From NCBI RefSeq assembly GCF_018977255.1, contig NW_024704743.1, positions 38,504,001 through 38,568,000 of the forward strand: a stretch of 64,000 bases of DNA, in the 5' to 3' direction. The DNA is from Callorhinchus milii. Lineage: Eukaryota. Position numbers and translations under genes: made by a program. Shown one piece after another: positions 25,736-39,823 of the stretch (the first letter of the stretch is position 1; every line of letters begins with the position of its first letter). The notes under the pieces were generated by a model. It saw nothing but the letters and a program-made list of their open reading frames with translations, had not been told where the DNA came from and made no database searches.

Positions 25736-28700
25736 ATATTATATTATCTAGCTCTGCTTATACAATGAGAAAGAAAGAGCAGGAGTTTGGTGCAATCATT
25801 GAAAGGAAGACCACTCTGATTACAGTAAGTCTATTAACGAGAGATTATTCTGATGGTCTTGTTCCTTTAAGTTAAGTGTGAAAGCTTTTAGAGCTCCATT
25901 TTAAAGAAATGAAAGACTGCAGCCTCTATTGTCAATATTAAACTACCTGTCAACTGCTAAATAGGATTGTCAGCGTAGAGAGACTCAAAACAGTCTCCCA
26001 TGAATGCCGAAATATCTCAAGGCACTTCACGAAACTATCTGAAAAGTGCAGTGATTTTTGTAAGCAAACACAGCAAACAATTTATGACGATGATGTACAA
26101 AGAGATATATAGTTGACCTTTTGAAATCCAGATGATTGTTGGCCAGGATACCAAGAAAAACTCCCTTCTCTTTTAAAATAGTGCCAGATGATCTTTAATG
26201 CCCCCCCGAATAGACACTGGAGCTCAGTTTTACGTCCCATTAAAAGGGCGTCATCTCTAACAATGCAGTGCTTTCTACAGTGGAGCATGAGCCTAGGTTG
26301 TGATTCTAAAGTCCTAACGTGGGCTTCAACCCTCACAGAGAGAGTGCCATCAACCAAGCCAGATCATTAGACTTTAAAAATAGCTGGAAATCTATGTTTT
26401 TTGTGAAAAAAACTATTGCTATTGCAGAACAAACGTCAATTATAAAAATAGACGTTTCCATTAAATATCGTATGTTGCAAAGATGGTTAAATTTTTTTAG
26501 GCCATGAACTAAATTGATCTTCCATAATCATGAACCTGAATATATTAAATATAAAATATTAACATTACTGCAATTTCCTGGATGTCAATTCAAGCCCACT
26601 GAATCCACTGAATTTTATGAAAACCTGAACATTATCATATCGTCATGGGCAATGGGACAATGTCAGAATTCAGTTGAGATTTGTTTAAATCAACCACAGG
26701 TCCTAAGGCACTGCATCAATTAATAGATATCTGAAAGGTTGAGCCTCAATATTTCGAGAGTGTTCCATGGATCGTTTTTGTCAACTTTCAATTTATAGCA
26801 ATGAATTCAAGTCATATGACTATAAAACAGCACTGACCAACCTCATTGGGGAAAAATCCAACCTAAACCCCTTCAAGCTGGAAAGATGCATTCTGTCCAC
26901 TACTTACAGTACCATCGAAGCAGAAATTTACAGCACAGTAAAAAGCCATTTGGCCCATTATGTCTGTGCTGGCTCTTTTAAAGGGCAATGCTTTGAATAC
27001 CCACTGGAATGTTTGCAGCTCTTGATTTTCTTATGCTCTTGTGTCTTCATAATAATAAAAACCTTCAAGATATGCATTATTAAAACGATCTGAAACTCTG
27101 TACTGTTTTGATCAGACATTCGTTCCTCCTTCAGTGGAACATTCCACTGTGTAAAGCCCACACTTCCAGGTACATCCTAACCTAAACTCTGAATGCTCAG
27201 TAACCTTGGTCTTACCAACTACAAGTGACTGAAAATAAACTCCATTCATTACAAGGTGTTCTGGAGCCAGCCTTTCGTCTTCTCCAACTCATTATTTTCA
27301 GAATGTCTTGTCACAACTCTAATTGTAATACATCACCTGAGGATTGAAAAACAACCCACATGTAAGCAGTGTATAACAAATTACATGTCAGATTGGCATG
27401 TATTTTATACTTGCTACAACCTATGCATCTAGGTCTTTCTTCTCCTATTTTAGGAATTTGACAACCCTTAGAAATGCATCGTGAGGCAGTAAAGCCGTGG
27501 GTTAACATTACAACTGAATGCTCAGGATTTCTTAATTTATACTAGCTAAATTGGTGACAAAGCCAATATCCTTCAGCATTTGATTCTGCTTTGTGGTGTA
27601 AACAAATCACAATTCTTTTGCAGAATGACAGAATCAACTAGTACATCAATAGTTTCAAGGGTAGAACCTATTGGGGAAAATGGCACATGTAACTCCATGT
27701 GCCCCATTAATGATTATTATAAGCAATATCATAAGCAATGATTATTTTGAACTACAACTTTAAACTTTAATTCTATTGACTACTTTGTGAATGACATATA
27801 AACGAAGAGGGTCATTAATGGGCCGATTAATGAATGTCATTAGTCATTTTTGTTTTTATTAAGAAAGTTGTGAAATGTTTTGTGATTTGTGCACTTTTCT
27901 ACTTCTACACTATGAAATTGATCATTAAAATCTCAGTGAAAAAATACTTGCAACTAATTGTGATGGGAAATCTGCATTTAAAAAATTCATCACAAATATG
28001 CTTTGTTTAGGGATAATGGATTTTTGAGAGAAAATATATCAAGTTGTAAACAGAAACCTTAAGTGTTTTTAATGCTGGTCTTTGACAGACATGTAAAGGA
28101 TGAATGATGGGTTTAAACAGCTAGGTAGTCAGTATGAGGTTGCTGACAGTACAAGAGAGGCTGCTCACTTTGGGGGCATTATTGTACTTTGCATTTAAAG
28201 GCTGATTTCTATTCTTGGCCCAAATAATAATAATAATTGTTCAATGGATGTTTTAATGTCCAAACAGCATCTTCTGCCTCTTGCTTACAAAATTCAGCAC
28301 AAGACTAAAGATTTAACAACATAACCTCTTGAGTGGAGAGTTTGATTATCTTTGTGAAGAAGCTTCACAAGGAAAAGCAGGTCAGCGGTACAACTGGGTG
28401 TATGACATTCTACATGCTGAAATCCTAACCCTGCCTGTGTCATATATGTGGGGAGAAAAGGTAATCAACAGAATCTATAAAGCACTTTGAGGTGTTATCA
28501 AATATAAAGATTATTATTATTATTAATATTCGAAGGGCAAGTTCTTCCCCATAGAAGAAAGAACAAGCAAAACAAGTCATCCTAGCTACTCTTAGACCTT
28601 CTATAGAAGAAGCTTCTGAATGAATGGGTTGCACGTAACAGATGGGAATCAAGATATTCGCCCATTATTGGAAGAGGAAATTCCTTTTTGGTGGGTTAGG

Positions 28701-28896
28701 TGTTTTGACAAACATGGAGAGGATGGGGGAAAAGATATAAAAAATCAGATTTGTGACTGACCAAGATTAGTTTGGATGAAGAAGTCATTTGATCTCAATC
28801 TTCCAGAATGCTAGTCATCCCATCACCGAATCAGGCTGTTTTATAAACGAGTTCAGTGTCCTGACCTCAATCACTCTTTTAGTCGTTAATTACCTT

Positions 28897-29210
28897 ATAA
28901 TAATAATCCTTGCATTTGATATAGCGCTTTTCATGTCGGGAGGACATCCCAAAGCGCTTCACAGAACACACTGTAAAGTGAATTGACTGTATATTTCTGG
29001 GCGAACGCGGCAGCCAATTGCGCACAGCAATGTCCCACAAACAGTCGTAGATTGAAAATGACCAATTTATTATTGTTTTTGGTTTTGGAGGGATTATTAT
29101 TAGGCGTGTGGAGTAAGGAAACTTGCCCAAGGTTTCGCCCTGTGCCTGGAACTGAACTCAGGTCTCTCGCTTGCAAAGCGAGTGCTCTAACCACTGAGCT
29201 ACAGGACACC
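28897..29210 (-). mobile_element. tRNA-derived SINE, full length
   Basis: Same head, body and tail as 11123-11448. Confidence 0.92.
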
Positions 29211-30212
29211 TTCTGGCTAATGGGGCCTTGGACTTTAGATCCAAAGGGACAGAATATAAATGTGAACTTATATAAAATCTCAGTTAGATTACATTTGGAG
29301 TACTGTGTCCAATTCTGGTCTCCACACTCTAAGAAGGATATAGCAGTGTTTGACTGGAGAGCAGTTTCATGAGGATGATAAGAGGGCTTGCAGGTTCTGC
29401 TATCATGAAGAATGGATAGGTTAGGCCCTTCTTTTGCAAGAGAAGAGACATTTAAGGGGGAGGGGAAAGATACCTAATAGAGTTGTTTAAGTTGATATGG
29501 TTAAAGTAAACAGGCTGTTTCTACTGCTTGGAGAGTCTGTAAACATACATGAAGAAGGCCCTTTAACCGCCACTTTTCAGAATATCCACCCTACCATCAT
29601 CCCATCATTTCAAAAGCACCTTGACACTATGAGTCCAGCATCCATGCTTCAACCACCCTTCTTGGCAACATGTTCCAGTCATTAATCATTTTCTGGATAA
29701 AGAAATACTTCCTGGTATCTGATTTTAATTTGTTATCTGATTTGAACTTTGCTTACTCTAAACCAGTGTCCTCTTGTTGTGCTAACTTGGTGCATCACGG
29801 TTGATGCACCAGTCATGATGGACCTCCAGACTTAACCTTTCAAATGCATTTCCTAACTTCACCCTCGACAAGCTCCAGACAATCCAGAACTCCATAGCCC
29901 ACATCCTCTCCCACACTAGGCTCTGCTGGTCCATTACCTTACCTTCACCCAGCTCCACTGGCTTCTGTCCCAGTTGACTTTAAGATCTTCATCCTTACCT
30001 TCAAATGCCTCCATGGTCTTGCCGTACTCCACTTCTGTGATCTCCTGGAATCCTATCCGCTAACCAGTCCCTTCATTCCAACAATTCTAACCTTCTTTAT
30101 GTTCCCTGGCTGCTGCACCACTGGTGGGTGAGCTTTCAACCACTTTGTCCCCATCCTCTGGAACTCTCGTCCAAAATTCCTAAAAACTCCCCCTTTCACT
30201 GCTTTCAAAACC

Positions 30213-30527
30213 AATAAAATAATAAATAATCCTTTCATTTTCATATAGCACTTTTCACGTCTTCTAGACGTCTCAAAGTGCTTCACAGAATATGCTGTAA
30301 AGTGAATTGACCGTATATTTGTGGGCAAAACGCGGCAGCCAATTGCACACAGCAGTGTCCCACAAACAGTCATGGATTGAAAATGACCAATTTATTATCG
30401 TTTTTTTTTGGAGGGATTATTATCAGGCGTGTGGAGTAAGGAAACTTGCCAAAGGTTTCGCCCTGCCTGGAATTGAACCCAGGTGTCTCGCTTTCAAGGT
30501 GGGTGCTCCACTGAGCTACAGGACTCC
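30213..30527 (-). mobile_element. tRNA-derived SINE, full length
   Basis: Same family; lies between an L2 fragment and a CR1 3' end. Confidence 0.9.
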
Positions 30528-30529
30528 AC

Positions 30530-31298
30530 GTCGGGTCGGTGCTGGCACTTTGAAAAGAGCAATGTAACGTCAATCTCACTCCCCAGCCCTTTCCCCATAA
30601 CCCTGCAGACCCGTCCTCCTCAAATACCCGTCCACCGCGTTTTTAAAAATTGTTATCAAATCGGCCTTGACCACCCTTTCAGGCAATGTGTTCCAGATTC
30701 GAACAACTCGCTGCGTGAAAAAATTTCTTCTCACCTCCCCTCGGCTTCTTTTAGATACTATTTTGAATCTGTGACCTCGAGTCACCGACACACCCACCAA
30801 TGGAAACAGTTTTTCCCTTTCTAACCTATCAAATCCCCTCATGATTTTGAAGATCTCTATTAGGTCTCCTCGTAACCTTCTCTGCTCCAATGAGAATAAT
30901 CCCAGCCTCTCGAGCCTTTCCTCATAATCAAGGTCCCTCATTCCTGGTACCATCCTCGTAAATCTCCTCTGCACACTTTCCAATGCCTTAACATCCTTCC
31001 TGTAGTGTGGTGCCCAGAACTGGGCACAGTATTCTAACTGAGGCGTAACCAGTGTTTTATATAGGTTAGTCATAGCCTCCTGACTCTTGTACTCTATGCC
31101 CCTATTTATAAAGCCTAGAATCCCATATGCCCTTTTTACAGCTTTATCTGCCTGTCCTGTCACATTCAGGGATTCATTTACCTGAACCCCCAGATCTCTC
31201 TGTTCTTTCACCCCGCCTAAGATTGTATTACCAGCCTATATTTCCTCCCCTCATTCTTTCTACTAAAATGCATTACCTCGCATTTCTCCACATTGAAA
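30530..31298 (-). mobile_element. CR1 LINE 3' fragment with an uninterrupted 211-codon C-terminal ORF2 frame (30576-31211)
   Basis: RDLGVQV...LEYCAQFWAPH...LFSLEQRRLRGDLIEIFKI...FFTQRVVRIWNTLP is the canonical CR1 ORF2 C-terminus; 5' truncated, lacking the RT catalytic core. Confidence 0.95.
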
Positions 31299-31499
31299 TG
31301 GGAATACTGTGGCTAGGTTATAGGAAAGCTGATTTATTTTAAGGGTCTGAAGCATATGGTCAACTTGGGAAATGGGAATTGGTGATTACCACAATTCAGT
31401 GTTCACACAAAACAACCCCCAAACTTCATAGGTCAACGTAATACACTTCTTGTAGATTCAGATTCACATATAATTTTAACTTCGGGAATGTTTTGAATT

Positions 31500-31812
31500 T
31501 GTTTTTGATCAGTTTGGTGTCTGCCACATGCGGTAAACCATTATCATGCTTAAAAATATATAAACCAGACAAAATTCCACATATATATGGCACCTACATG
31601 TGGAAATTTCCCTGTGCCTTGAATGAAATGCATACTCTGTCCTTGGAGGTATACACCCTGTTTACATAATTCTGTAAGGTATTGGGAGGCAGGTTGGCAA
31701 GAGCCAAAACTTGGGGACCCCAGAGTATGTGTTGGAGTGCTGCTAACAGCTACAACTGCATAGTTTGCCATTGAGAGAACTGTCTGCTGAGCTTCCTGCT
31801 GCTTGTCCAGCT
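31500..31812 (+). repeat. Unclassified old dispersed repeat (~300-350 bp), six copies in the window
   Basis: Shared core ATCCAAACCAGAC...TTCCAC...GCCACCTACA(C/T)(A/G)TGGAAATTTCC...TCTGGAA at ~7740-7950, 22145-22225, 31500-31812, 33345-33462, 49515-49820 and, inverted, 59305-59635. Confidence 0.75.
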
Positions 31813-34800
31813 AGAATCACCATACCTATTTAAGAGGTTTGCATGGTTAACAGAAGTCAAGAGGGGAGAAACCTCCTTTCAGTAGCTTCTTCCTTCTGAA
31901 GACAGCATTTTCCCTTTCCTGCTGCTGGCTCCAGCAATAGAAAAATCAGCTGCCCTAGCCCTGTATTCTCTAATGCTGTTAGCAACTGCTCCCTCTCAAG
32001 TTAATCAATATAGTATTGTGCTGACAATGTGTTCCACAACACAACTACTACTCTGGTCAACAAAAGGTTTCTTCCAATCTCCAGTCCCATTTGATGCATT
32101 TTAATGTTTCCATCTCTGTATCTATATATGAATATGGCCGCCTTTTTCTTCCTTTCTATTGCAGCCCATGTTTCAGGTGCAATACAATTCTCCCATAACA
32201 GTAAACACAGACTTTTAATATTATTAAAAAACCAAATGCGCAGCCATTTTCTTTAATAACATGAATCTGATTGGAACATTAACACGGTTCAAGACATTAT
32301 CCTATATGAAGGGTGCTACATAATGCAGGTTGTTATTAAAAACCCAAACACTGGATTCTGCATCCGTTTGTTTTTCAGCCAAAATTTACAGATCTAATTC
32401 GATGCGATGGAAAGCAAGAACTAAAATTCTGGCTTACTGCTCTACATCAATAAGCAGCTTCACTTCAAGCTGTACTATCGCAGCATTACATATTCAGGGG
32501 AATAGGACTAAAGAGACAGCTTTTCCAGAGAGCCAGCACCCACACAATGAGTTGAATGACCTCCTTGCGTCCTGTAAATTTTTGGGATTCGGTACAAACA
32601 ACCCTATCCTCAGTATTTTAGATATCCGTAAGCCCACTGGCTTTACAACACAAAAATGCCAAAATATTTTTCAAGCAAATATTCCAATGGAGCACAGTGA
32701 TGCTGATGTGGTCAGATTCTCCGATTTCATGTTGCGCAGTTAAGAATAAAAACAAGTTAATATAAGGCTGAATGTTGCAATCGAACATGACAACAACACT
32801 GCAATGGAGGCTGATAATCAGACTGCAGACTAGTCAGAATTACCATGTTCCATTGAAACAACAACAACTTGCATTTATATAGCACCCCTCATGCAGGGTA
32901 GCGTCTCAGAAACAAAACTAATACGGAATAATAATGGTTCAATTTATTCTTTGGCTATAACTTTAAATGAAGGGCTCAGGTGCACTCATACCAAAGGCTT
33001 GTCTTCTTTCTAGCTTCCAAGTTCAAGCTTCTAACTCAGACCTTTGTATTTTTTTTAAAACCTTATATTGGAATCTAATATGTAAGTATTTTCTAACTGG
33101 ATTCAAATTGGTAATTTTAATTTACAGCTTGCAAATTTCATATGGCAAGATTCAAAAATCCAAAACAAGGCTCGCAAGTGGAACAAAATGCTAACCATTT
33201 TTCAGACGTTACATTTATGATTGATTCACCAATTTGCGACTTACACAATACAATGCTTACAAACTATTAAGTCACAGTTTGTGATTCAAAAGACAATGGG
33301 CAAATATTGCATTTTGGATCTAATTTTTTAAACAAAATCCAGGCTGTTTTTTTTTAGTCAGCCAGATGTCTTACAAATGCAGAAACGCATGAATATCCAA
33401 ACCAGACAGAGACAGAGTATGTATGCCACCTACACACATCAACATTTCCTTGAGTCTGGAACATTGTTATTCAGTGCAAGATTGAGTGACCTTTAGTAAT
33501 GGGATCTGCAGTGTTTACTGAGACTTTTATTGCAAGCTGATTGCAAATATCTTCACAGTAAATTACAGCGAATTTCCATAATAGATAGCATAAGAAAATT
33601 CTCTTTACCAAATGTTAATTACCTGAGGCGTGTGTGTGAGTGAGTGGCAGAATCTCTTTGATAAATAATGGGTTTATTAAAATATTACTTTTCAAATGAC
33701 TCAGCATTCACAATCTTAAGAGATCTACTTCAAATATAACAGATCCATTTCAAAAATATGAAAAGGTTATTTATATTCCTTTTTTTAATAAAAAGAAAAT
33801 GACTACCTTAGTTTAATTACTGCACTGACCACGCGAAAAGAAAAAAAGCACTAAGAGCACTGGATGTGAAAGAACTCCTACAATCTAATACATAAAATAT
33901 GAATATGCAAGACAGGATAAAAAACAAGTACAGTAGTATTCCAGACTGTGCCAAGCAACAGTACATCACTTCATGTCCTAAGATCAAACCAGCATCAGCC
34001 AAGCTTTGTTCTTGCTCATAATTCTGTCTGAGCTCTTCAAGGTGCCACTACATTTATCATTTATTCTCTTACGTGCCTGCTATCTACATTTGCTAAAAGT
34101 GTATTTATACAAATCGCTGTTAGTTTCTGACTCTAGAGGTCTTCAAAATTCAACAGAACCATCTAAATGGTCTTCTGGGCTGAACATTTCTGATTGTACT
34201 ACTAACCTAAGAGTTTAATGTACACTTGTAATACTTTGAGACACGTAGAAGACGTGATAAGGGGCTAAATCAAATGCAAGGATTATTATTATGTTTCAAC
34301 TGAATAGATCCTAAATATGTTCACATGAAACAGACAAAGATACACTATTATATGGGAATATTACAATATTAGGATATGTTAGTATAATGGAAAATGTTAC
34401 AATATCCTCAGGTAAACTTTCCATTGTATTTGTGCATCCTCCTCACATATTTGTTTTCTACCTCTTTGTGTACAATGATTGTGCATAATAACCATATATA
34501 GTCCCTATGTGGTACCATTGAGATGGCCTGCAGTGCTTTTCATCCTGCCGATTTACAGATACCTGCATTTCTGTGCATGTTTGGGTAAAACGCGCTTAAC
34601 TTAAATTGGTGTTTCTCGAACCAGTACTGAAATGCTGAGATGTACAGGGCAGCAGGTTCAAATTATGGGTGGCCTCAATGGCTTGACCCAATATGAGGCT
34701 TAAACCCACAAACATCTGACTCACAGGCGGGCGAGAGTGCTATCAACTGAGCCAGGCTGACAACTGTCTTCAGGAAGGGAAGATATATAATATATATAAT

Positions 34801-34939
34801 GCAGCTATTCTAGTGGCAGCTATGCAATTCACAAGTACCTTAGACTCCAGTAGATTACTTTCTGCAAGTTGGACTTAATTTCTATATCATATATACAGTA
34901 CCTATGTTATAATTAGCATTAATTTAAGTCACAGCAAAT

Positions 34940-35740
34940 AGCAACAACAAAATTACATTTGTAAAGCACCTTTCACATTGGGAGGATGTCCCAAGGCGCT
35001 GAACAGTCAGGGATCAGGACCAGAGCGTGGGGGAGCAGGGTTGGGATGAGGGACTAGGAGGGCGGACGAAGGCACAGTCAAAAAGGAGGATCTTGAGTCG
35101 TGCCTTGAAGGAGGCAAGAGAAGGAGTAAGACAGGGATTGTGGGATGGAGTTTCAAAGAGTGGGGGCAGAGAGGCTGAAAGCCCGGCTGGTGATGGTAGG
35201 GCGGGAAACCTGGAGCAGGCCAGAGCCTGCTGAGAGGAGGGAGCAGACAGGCTGATAGGTGGTCAGGAGGTCAGAGACGTAGAAGGGGGCAAGGCCATAG
35301 GGGGGCCTTGAAAGTGAGGATGAGGATTTTGAATTCTATCCTCTGAGGAATGGAGGCTGTGGAGCCGGGTGAGGGTGGGGTTGATGGGGTCACGGAGCCT
35401 GGTGCGGGAGAGGACACACATTGGACGATCTGCAGCTTCTGAAGGCCAACAAGGAGAAATTTCCGCAGTCGAGCCTTGAGGTGATGAATGTGTGTATGAG
35501 GGTTTCGGCAGCCCGAGGGGTGAGGCAGCGGCAGAGTCAGGCAATGTTGTGGAGGTGGGGGAAGGCAGAGCGGGTCATGGTATGGATTTGGGGGAGAAAG
35601 GGCAGTTGAGGTTCGAACAAGATGCATAGGTTCCTGACTGGCTTGGTGGAGTGTGCAACCGTGGATGCTAATGCTGCAAGTGTCTGAGATGTGGAGGTGC
35701 TGATGTAGGCCATTCAGGAGGGTCTCAATCTTTTGACTTT
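34940..35740 (-). mobile_element. L2 3' fragment
   Basis: PQRIEFKILILTFKA; (CAA)n tail plus TTTGTAAAGCACCTTTCAC. Confidence 0.85.
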
Positions 35741-36479
35741 ACCCCCTGCTGCTAAAAGCAGCCTATTCATTGGCAGCAGCAGCAGAATCAACTCTGGTCT
35801 CTGAAGATCATGAGCATTATCCAGTTTGGTGGCATCCTTAGATGCACCTCCCACAATAATATAAACAAAACTAGTCTTGCCATAGGAATTGACTATTAGT
35901 GGTCAAGTTAATCTTTACAGTCTAACAAATTATTGTAGTTCTGAGGTTGTTAATCACTAAATACTTTGCTGAGTCACTGGGGGAAAATAGGCAGATGTTG
36001 AGCTTTGATCTGATCTAAAATACAGTACTACAAATGTACACATAGTGCCATTTTCAATGTTTGACTGCTGCAGAATCCACTCCAAAATATAAATGGGGCC
36101 ATTTCTACAGCAACTGTTTTTTTCAGCAGGGTTTGAGCAAGCAGATCTGCAACATAAGCAATTTCTAAGACACTCTTTTCAGGCAAAATTATTATTCAGT
36201 CTGTGAACGGATACTGTTGTGAAATCAGGGTTGCCCTTTGTTTTAGTGGCAAGCTGAGTGAGACAATCTGTTGCTGAGTTAGAACACATGGGAAGTCATG
36301 AGTGGCTATTCAGTTCAGTCTTGATAGGACTGCATTGAAAGTCTGTTTTGTTGCATATTTTGAATAACCCGTGGTTCATATTTAAAGGGACGTTACTAAA
36401 TCAGTTATATTTGGAGATGAGAATTGTTTCTGCTTGTCCAGGTGGACGTGAAAGTTCCCATGGCACTATTTGAAAATCC

Positions 36480-36843
36480 CATGGTCCAAGCTCTTACTCC
36501 AATGCAGTGCTAGGGGTGTGTTGCATTGTTGGAGGTGCCGTCCTTCAGATGAGAAGTTAAAACAAGGTCCTATTTGCCTGTTCAGGTGGATGTTAAAGAT
36601 CCCAATGCATTATTCGAAAAGAGAAGGGAGTTTCTCCTGGTGTCCTGGCTAACAAATACCCCAAATAAAATTGGTCACTCACTCCATGGCAGGTCGTGGG
36701 ACATTGCTGTGTGCAAATTGGTTGCCGCATTCGCCAACAAAATACATGCAGTCACATAACTTTACAATATATTCTGTGAAGTGCTTGGAGACATCTTGAT
36801 GATGTAATAAAGCGCTGTATCAAATGCAAGGATTATTATTATT
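36480..36843 (+). mobile_element. Deu-domain SINE (SacSINE1-like); related older copies at ~16690-17035, 22700-22995, 26050-26360, 52330-52680 and 61170-61420
   Basis: GTTGGAGGTGCCGTCCTTCAGATGAG...CAGGTGGATGTTAAAGATCCC...GTGGGACATTGCTGTGTGCAAATTGG followed by an L2-type tail. Confidence 0.78.
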
Positions 36844-37884
36844 CACATTGAATCCATTCTAGGACCAGCTCCTGCAGGTCATTCAAACCTCAGTTATGTC
36901 TCAATTTTAGCATTGGTTTGATGCAGAAACCACACAAACCATGCCATATAACCGGGGAATAAAACCATCTTGTGTTCAGTGTAGGGAAGCAACTACCAGT
37001 TTGGGTACAAACCTTGACTATCCAGAGACTTGGAAGGTCCTTCCATTGCAATAGGCATGATGTAATTTGTTGTTGTTAAAAATCTGAATAGACTGATTTT
37101 AGCTGGAGTGGCCGAGTGTTTGTATAACCTCTTCCTATGTTTGCTTGGAATGACAAGGCATTGATTGAGTCTTTAAAAGGTAATTTCAGGCCAGACACCA
37201 GGATGTACTTCTTTAATGGAACGTAATAAATGATTAGAATAGGTTACTAGGAGGGGTGGTTGAGTACAGAATACTCGACTCAGTTTTTAAAAAAAAGTTT
37301 GATGTTGTGATCAGATATTGATAGGATTGGCATTCTGGAGGGACGTAATCACATGGCTAAAGGGCCTTCTTCATCCAAATCAATCCTGCAAACCATTTTT
37401 TCCCCCAATCTTGAAAGTTCAGACTCTTGAGTTATGGTTCCACAGACACTGTATACCCTCTGCCACCTTACCCATGTAGCCAGTCTTCTTGTGTGAGCCC
37501 AGAAAGCAAATGTTATTATTATTATTATGGTTGTATAACAATGGGAATGTTACATCTGAGTCTGCTCCTGTACCCACCATTTAAATGTGAACTCTTTCTA
37601 TCAGGAGAAACTGGATTATGATCAGTGATACGAATCCTGGTTAATCCCTCTTCTCTGGGTTGCTGAGGCTAATCGTACGCTCTCCTGCTCTAGCCCAGTT
37701 GACATCATCTCACTCAAACATGGTACTTTCCTGAACTGTATATCTCAAGACACAAACCCCTCACTGATTTGACAAACTTATCATACTAGTGTCTTCAAAA
37801 CAACTATTCCAAAATTAACGATAATAATAATCCTTGCATTTGATGCAGTACATTTCATGTCAGGAACACGCCTTAAGGACGTGG

Positions 37885-38175
37885 AGTGTGAGAGACCTGA
37901 GATCAATTCCAGGCAGGTCAGGGCGAAACCTTGGGCAAGTTTCCTTACTCCACACGCCTAATAATAATCCCTCCAAAAACCCCCAAAACAATAATAAATT
38001 AGTCATTTTCAAGCTACGACTGTTTTGTGGGACATTGCTGTGCGCAATTGGCTGCCGCGTTCACCCACAAATATACAGTCAATTCACTTTACAGTATGTT
38101 CTGTGAAGCGCTTTGGGACGTCCTCCCGACGTGAAAAGCGCTATATCAAATGCAAGGATTATTATTATTATTATT
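37885..38175 (+). mobile_element. Young tRNA-derived SINE (5' truncated) inserted in an older antisense SINE (37821-38320)
   Basis: CpG-retaining copy with (ATT)n tail; older minus-strand SINE sequence on both sides. Confidence 0.85.
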
Positions 38176-39823
38176 AAAGCACTTCACAGCATTTACTATA
38201 AAGTGTAGCAACAGAGTATATTTTAGGCGGATGATCCAGCAAACAGCCATGAGCTAAATGACCAATTTTATTTGGGAGACTGTTGGCCAAGACACTGGGA
38301 GAAACTCCCTTCTCTTCAATTTATATCAGAATCTGTTGTGTTTTTAAACATTGCTACTACTGTATTTCTGTCATATAGAATACATTTATATGAAAACAAA
38401 TTTGTTGCTGTACATTAGACTGCAAACATGAACTATAACATAGTAAAATAATAATCCTTTCATTTGAAATATAGTAGCTATAATTTGAAATAATAATTGT
38501 TGACTTTTAATGTCAGGGGGATACCTCAATACTACACTCGATTTGCTGTGAAGTGCAGTGACTATGTATTTATGAACGTAGTACTGGGAATACAAACTAA
38601 AACACACACAGATACAACATATGATCCTGCATCAATGGGTTAGGGGAGGCAGAAAAGCTGCTTAGAACTAGATTATGCAGAGCCAGAAATGACTGTACAG
38701 AATTACTTACGTCAATAGCAGGTTAAAAAGAGGAAGAGATTTGCACGCAGCAACAACATAGTTGTGCTTCTGAACACATGAGAAAACTATGCAATGCAAG
38801 AATTTTATTATTATTCCAAATCACAGCTGGTTTTCACTTAATCAGTACTGTGCTCGTACAAGCCAAAGTTGACAAGCTGCCTCGCACCTTTAAAGGCTCC
38901 AACAATGCTTGGTTATTTTCTAAGTGGATAAGTGGTCATACAAACACTTGTCCACTTCAGCTGAAATGAGTAGATTCAACACTGATACTTGTTCCTCAAT
39001 CTCACATGGTTATCAGGCTAGTTCAAGTGGAGGGGCACATTCTATCTTACAAATTTTAACATTGAGCCATCACACCTTCTGTCATTTAATGGGCTTGATT
39101 TTTCAAAATCAACATGGTTAAGGCTTCTGATTAAATAGGTCTGATTCACATTAAAAATGACATGTCTGAAAAAAAAACGCAAGATTTAAGCGCTTTGGGA
39201 TGTCCTTCTGATGTGAAAAGTGTCTGGAAGAAGTCATTGCTTCCCAGCTTTGCTCTTTCCTCTCTCACCACTCCTTGTTTGAACCTCTCCAATCTGGTTT
39301 GAGGCCTGTCAATAGTACGGAGACAGCTTTCATCAAAGTTGGAAATGACGTTCTGTCTATTTGTGACCTAGGGCACTCTTTGTCTTCTTATCCTTCTTTC
39401 TGCTGCCTTTGACAGTGTTGACCACGCTATTCTTCTCCATTGCCTCTCCTCTCAGCTCCATCTTCATGGCTCTACCCCCCCTCACTGTCCACTGCTTTGG
39501 GACATCCACCCGACGTGAAAGGTACAATGTTAATGCAATTTGTTGTTGTTGTTATATACAAGTGTAACTTTGTAGCATATTGTGTAAACACTGTAGTAAC
39601 ATGGTAACAATTTTAAGCAGGATACAATTGGTTTATTTACCCATGCGATTTCTCGCAAGATTCCTACACTTTATTTTCAACATCTAATAGTGACCATCAC
39701 CTGTGATCACCTTTCACTTTACACTACATCCCGTGAAGCGCTTGATATGTTGATGATATGATATAACAAATGCAAGGGTTATTATAATTATTATTTACCT
39801 AAAGCGTTGCCACCAACAAGGAA

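Noticed and set aside
30576..31211. 211-aa ORF as a host or domesticated gene
   Set aside because: C-terminal part of CR1 ORF2 in a 5'-truncated copy; an open frame of this length is expected for a fairly young insertion.
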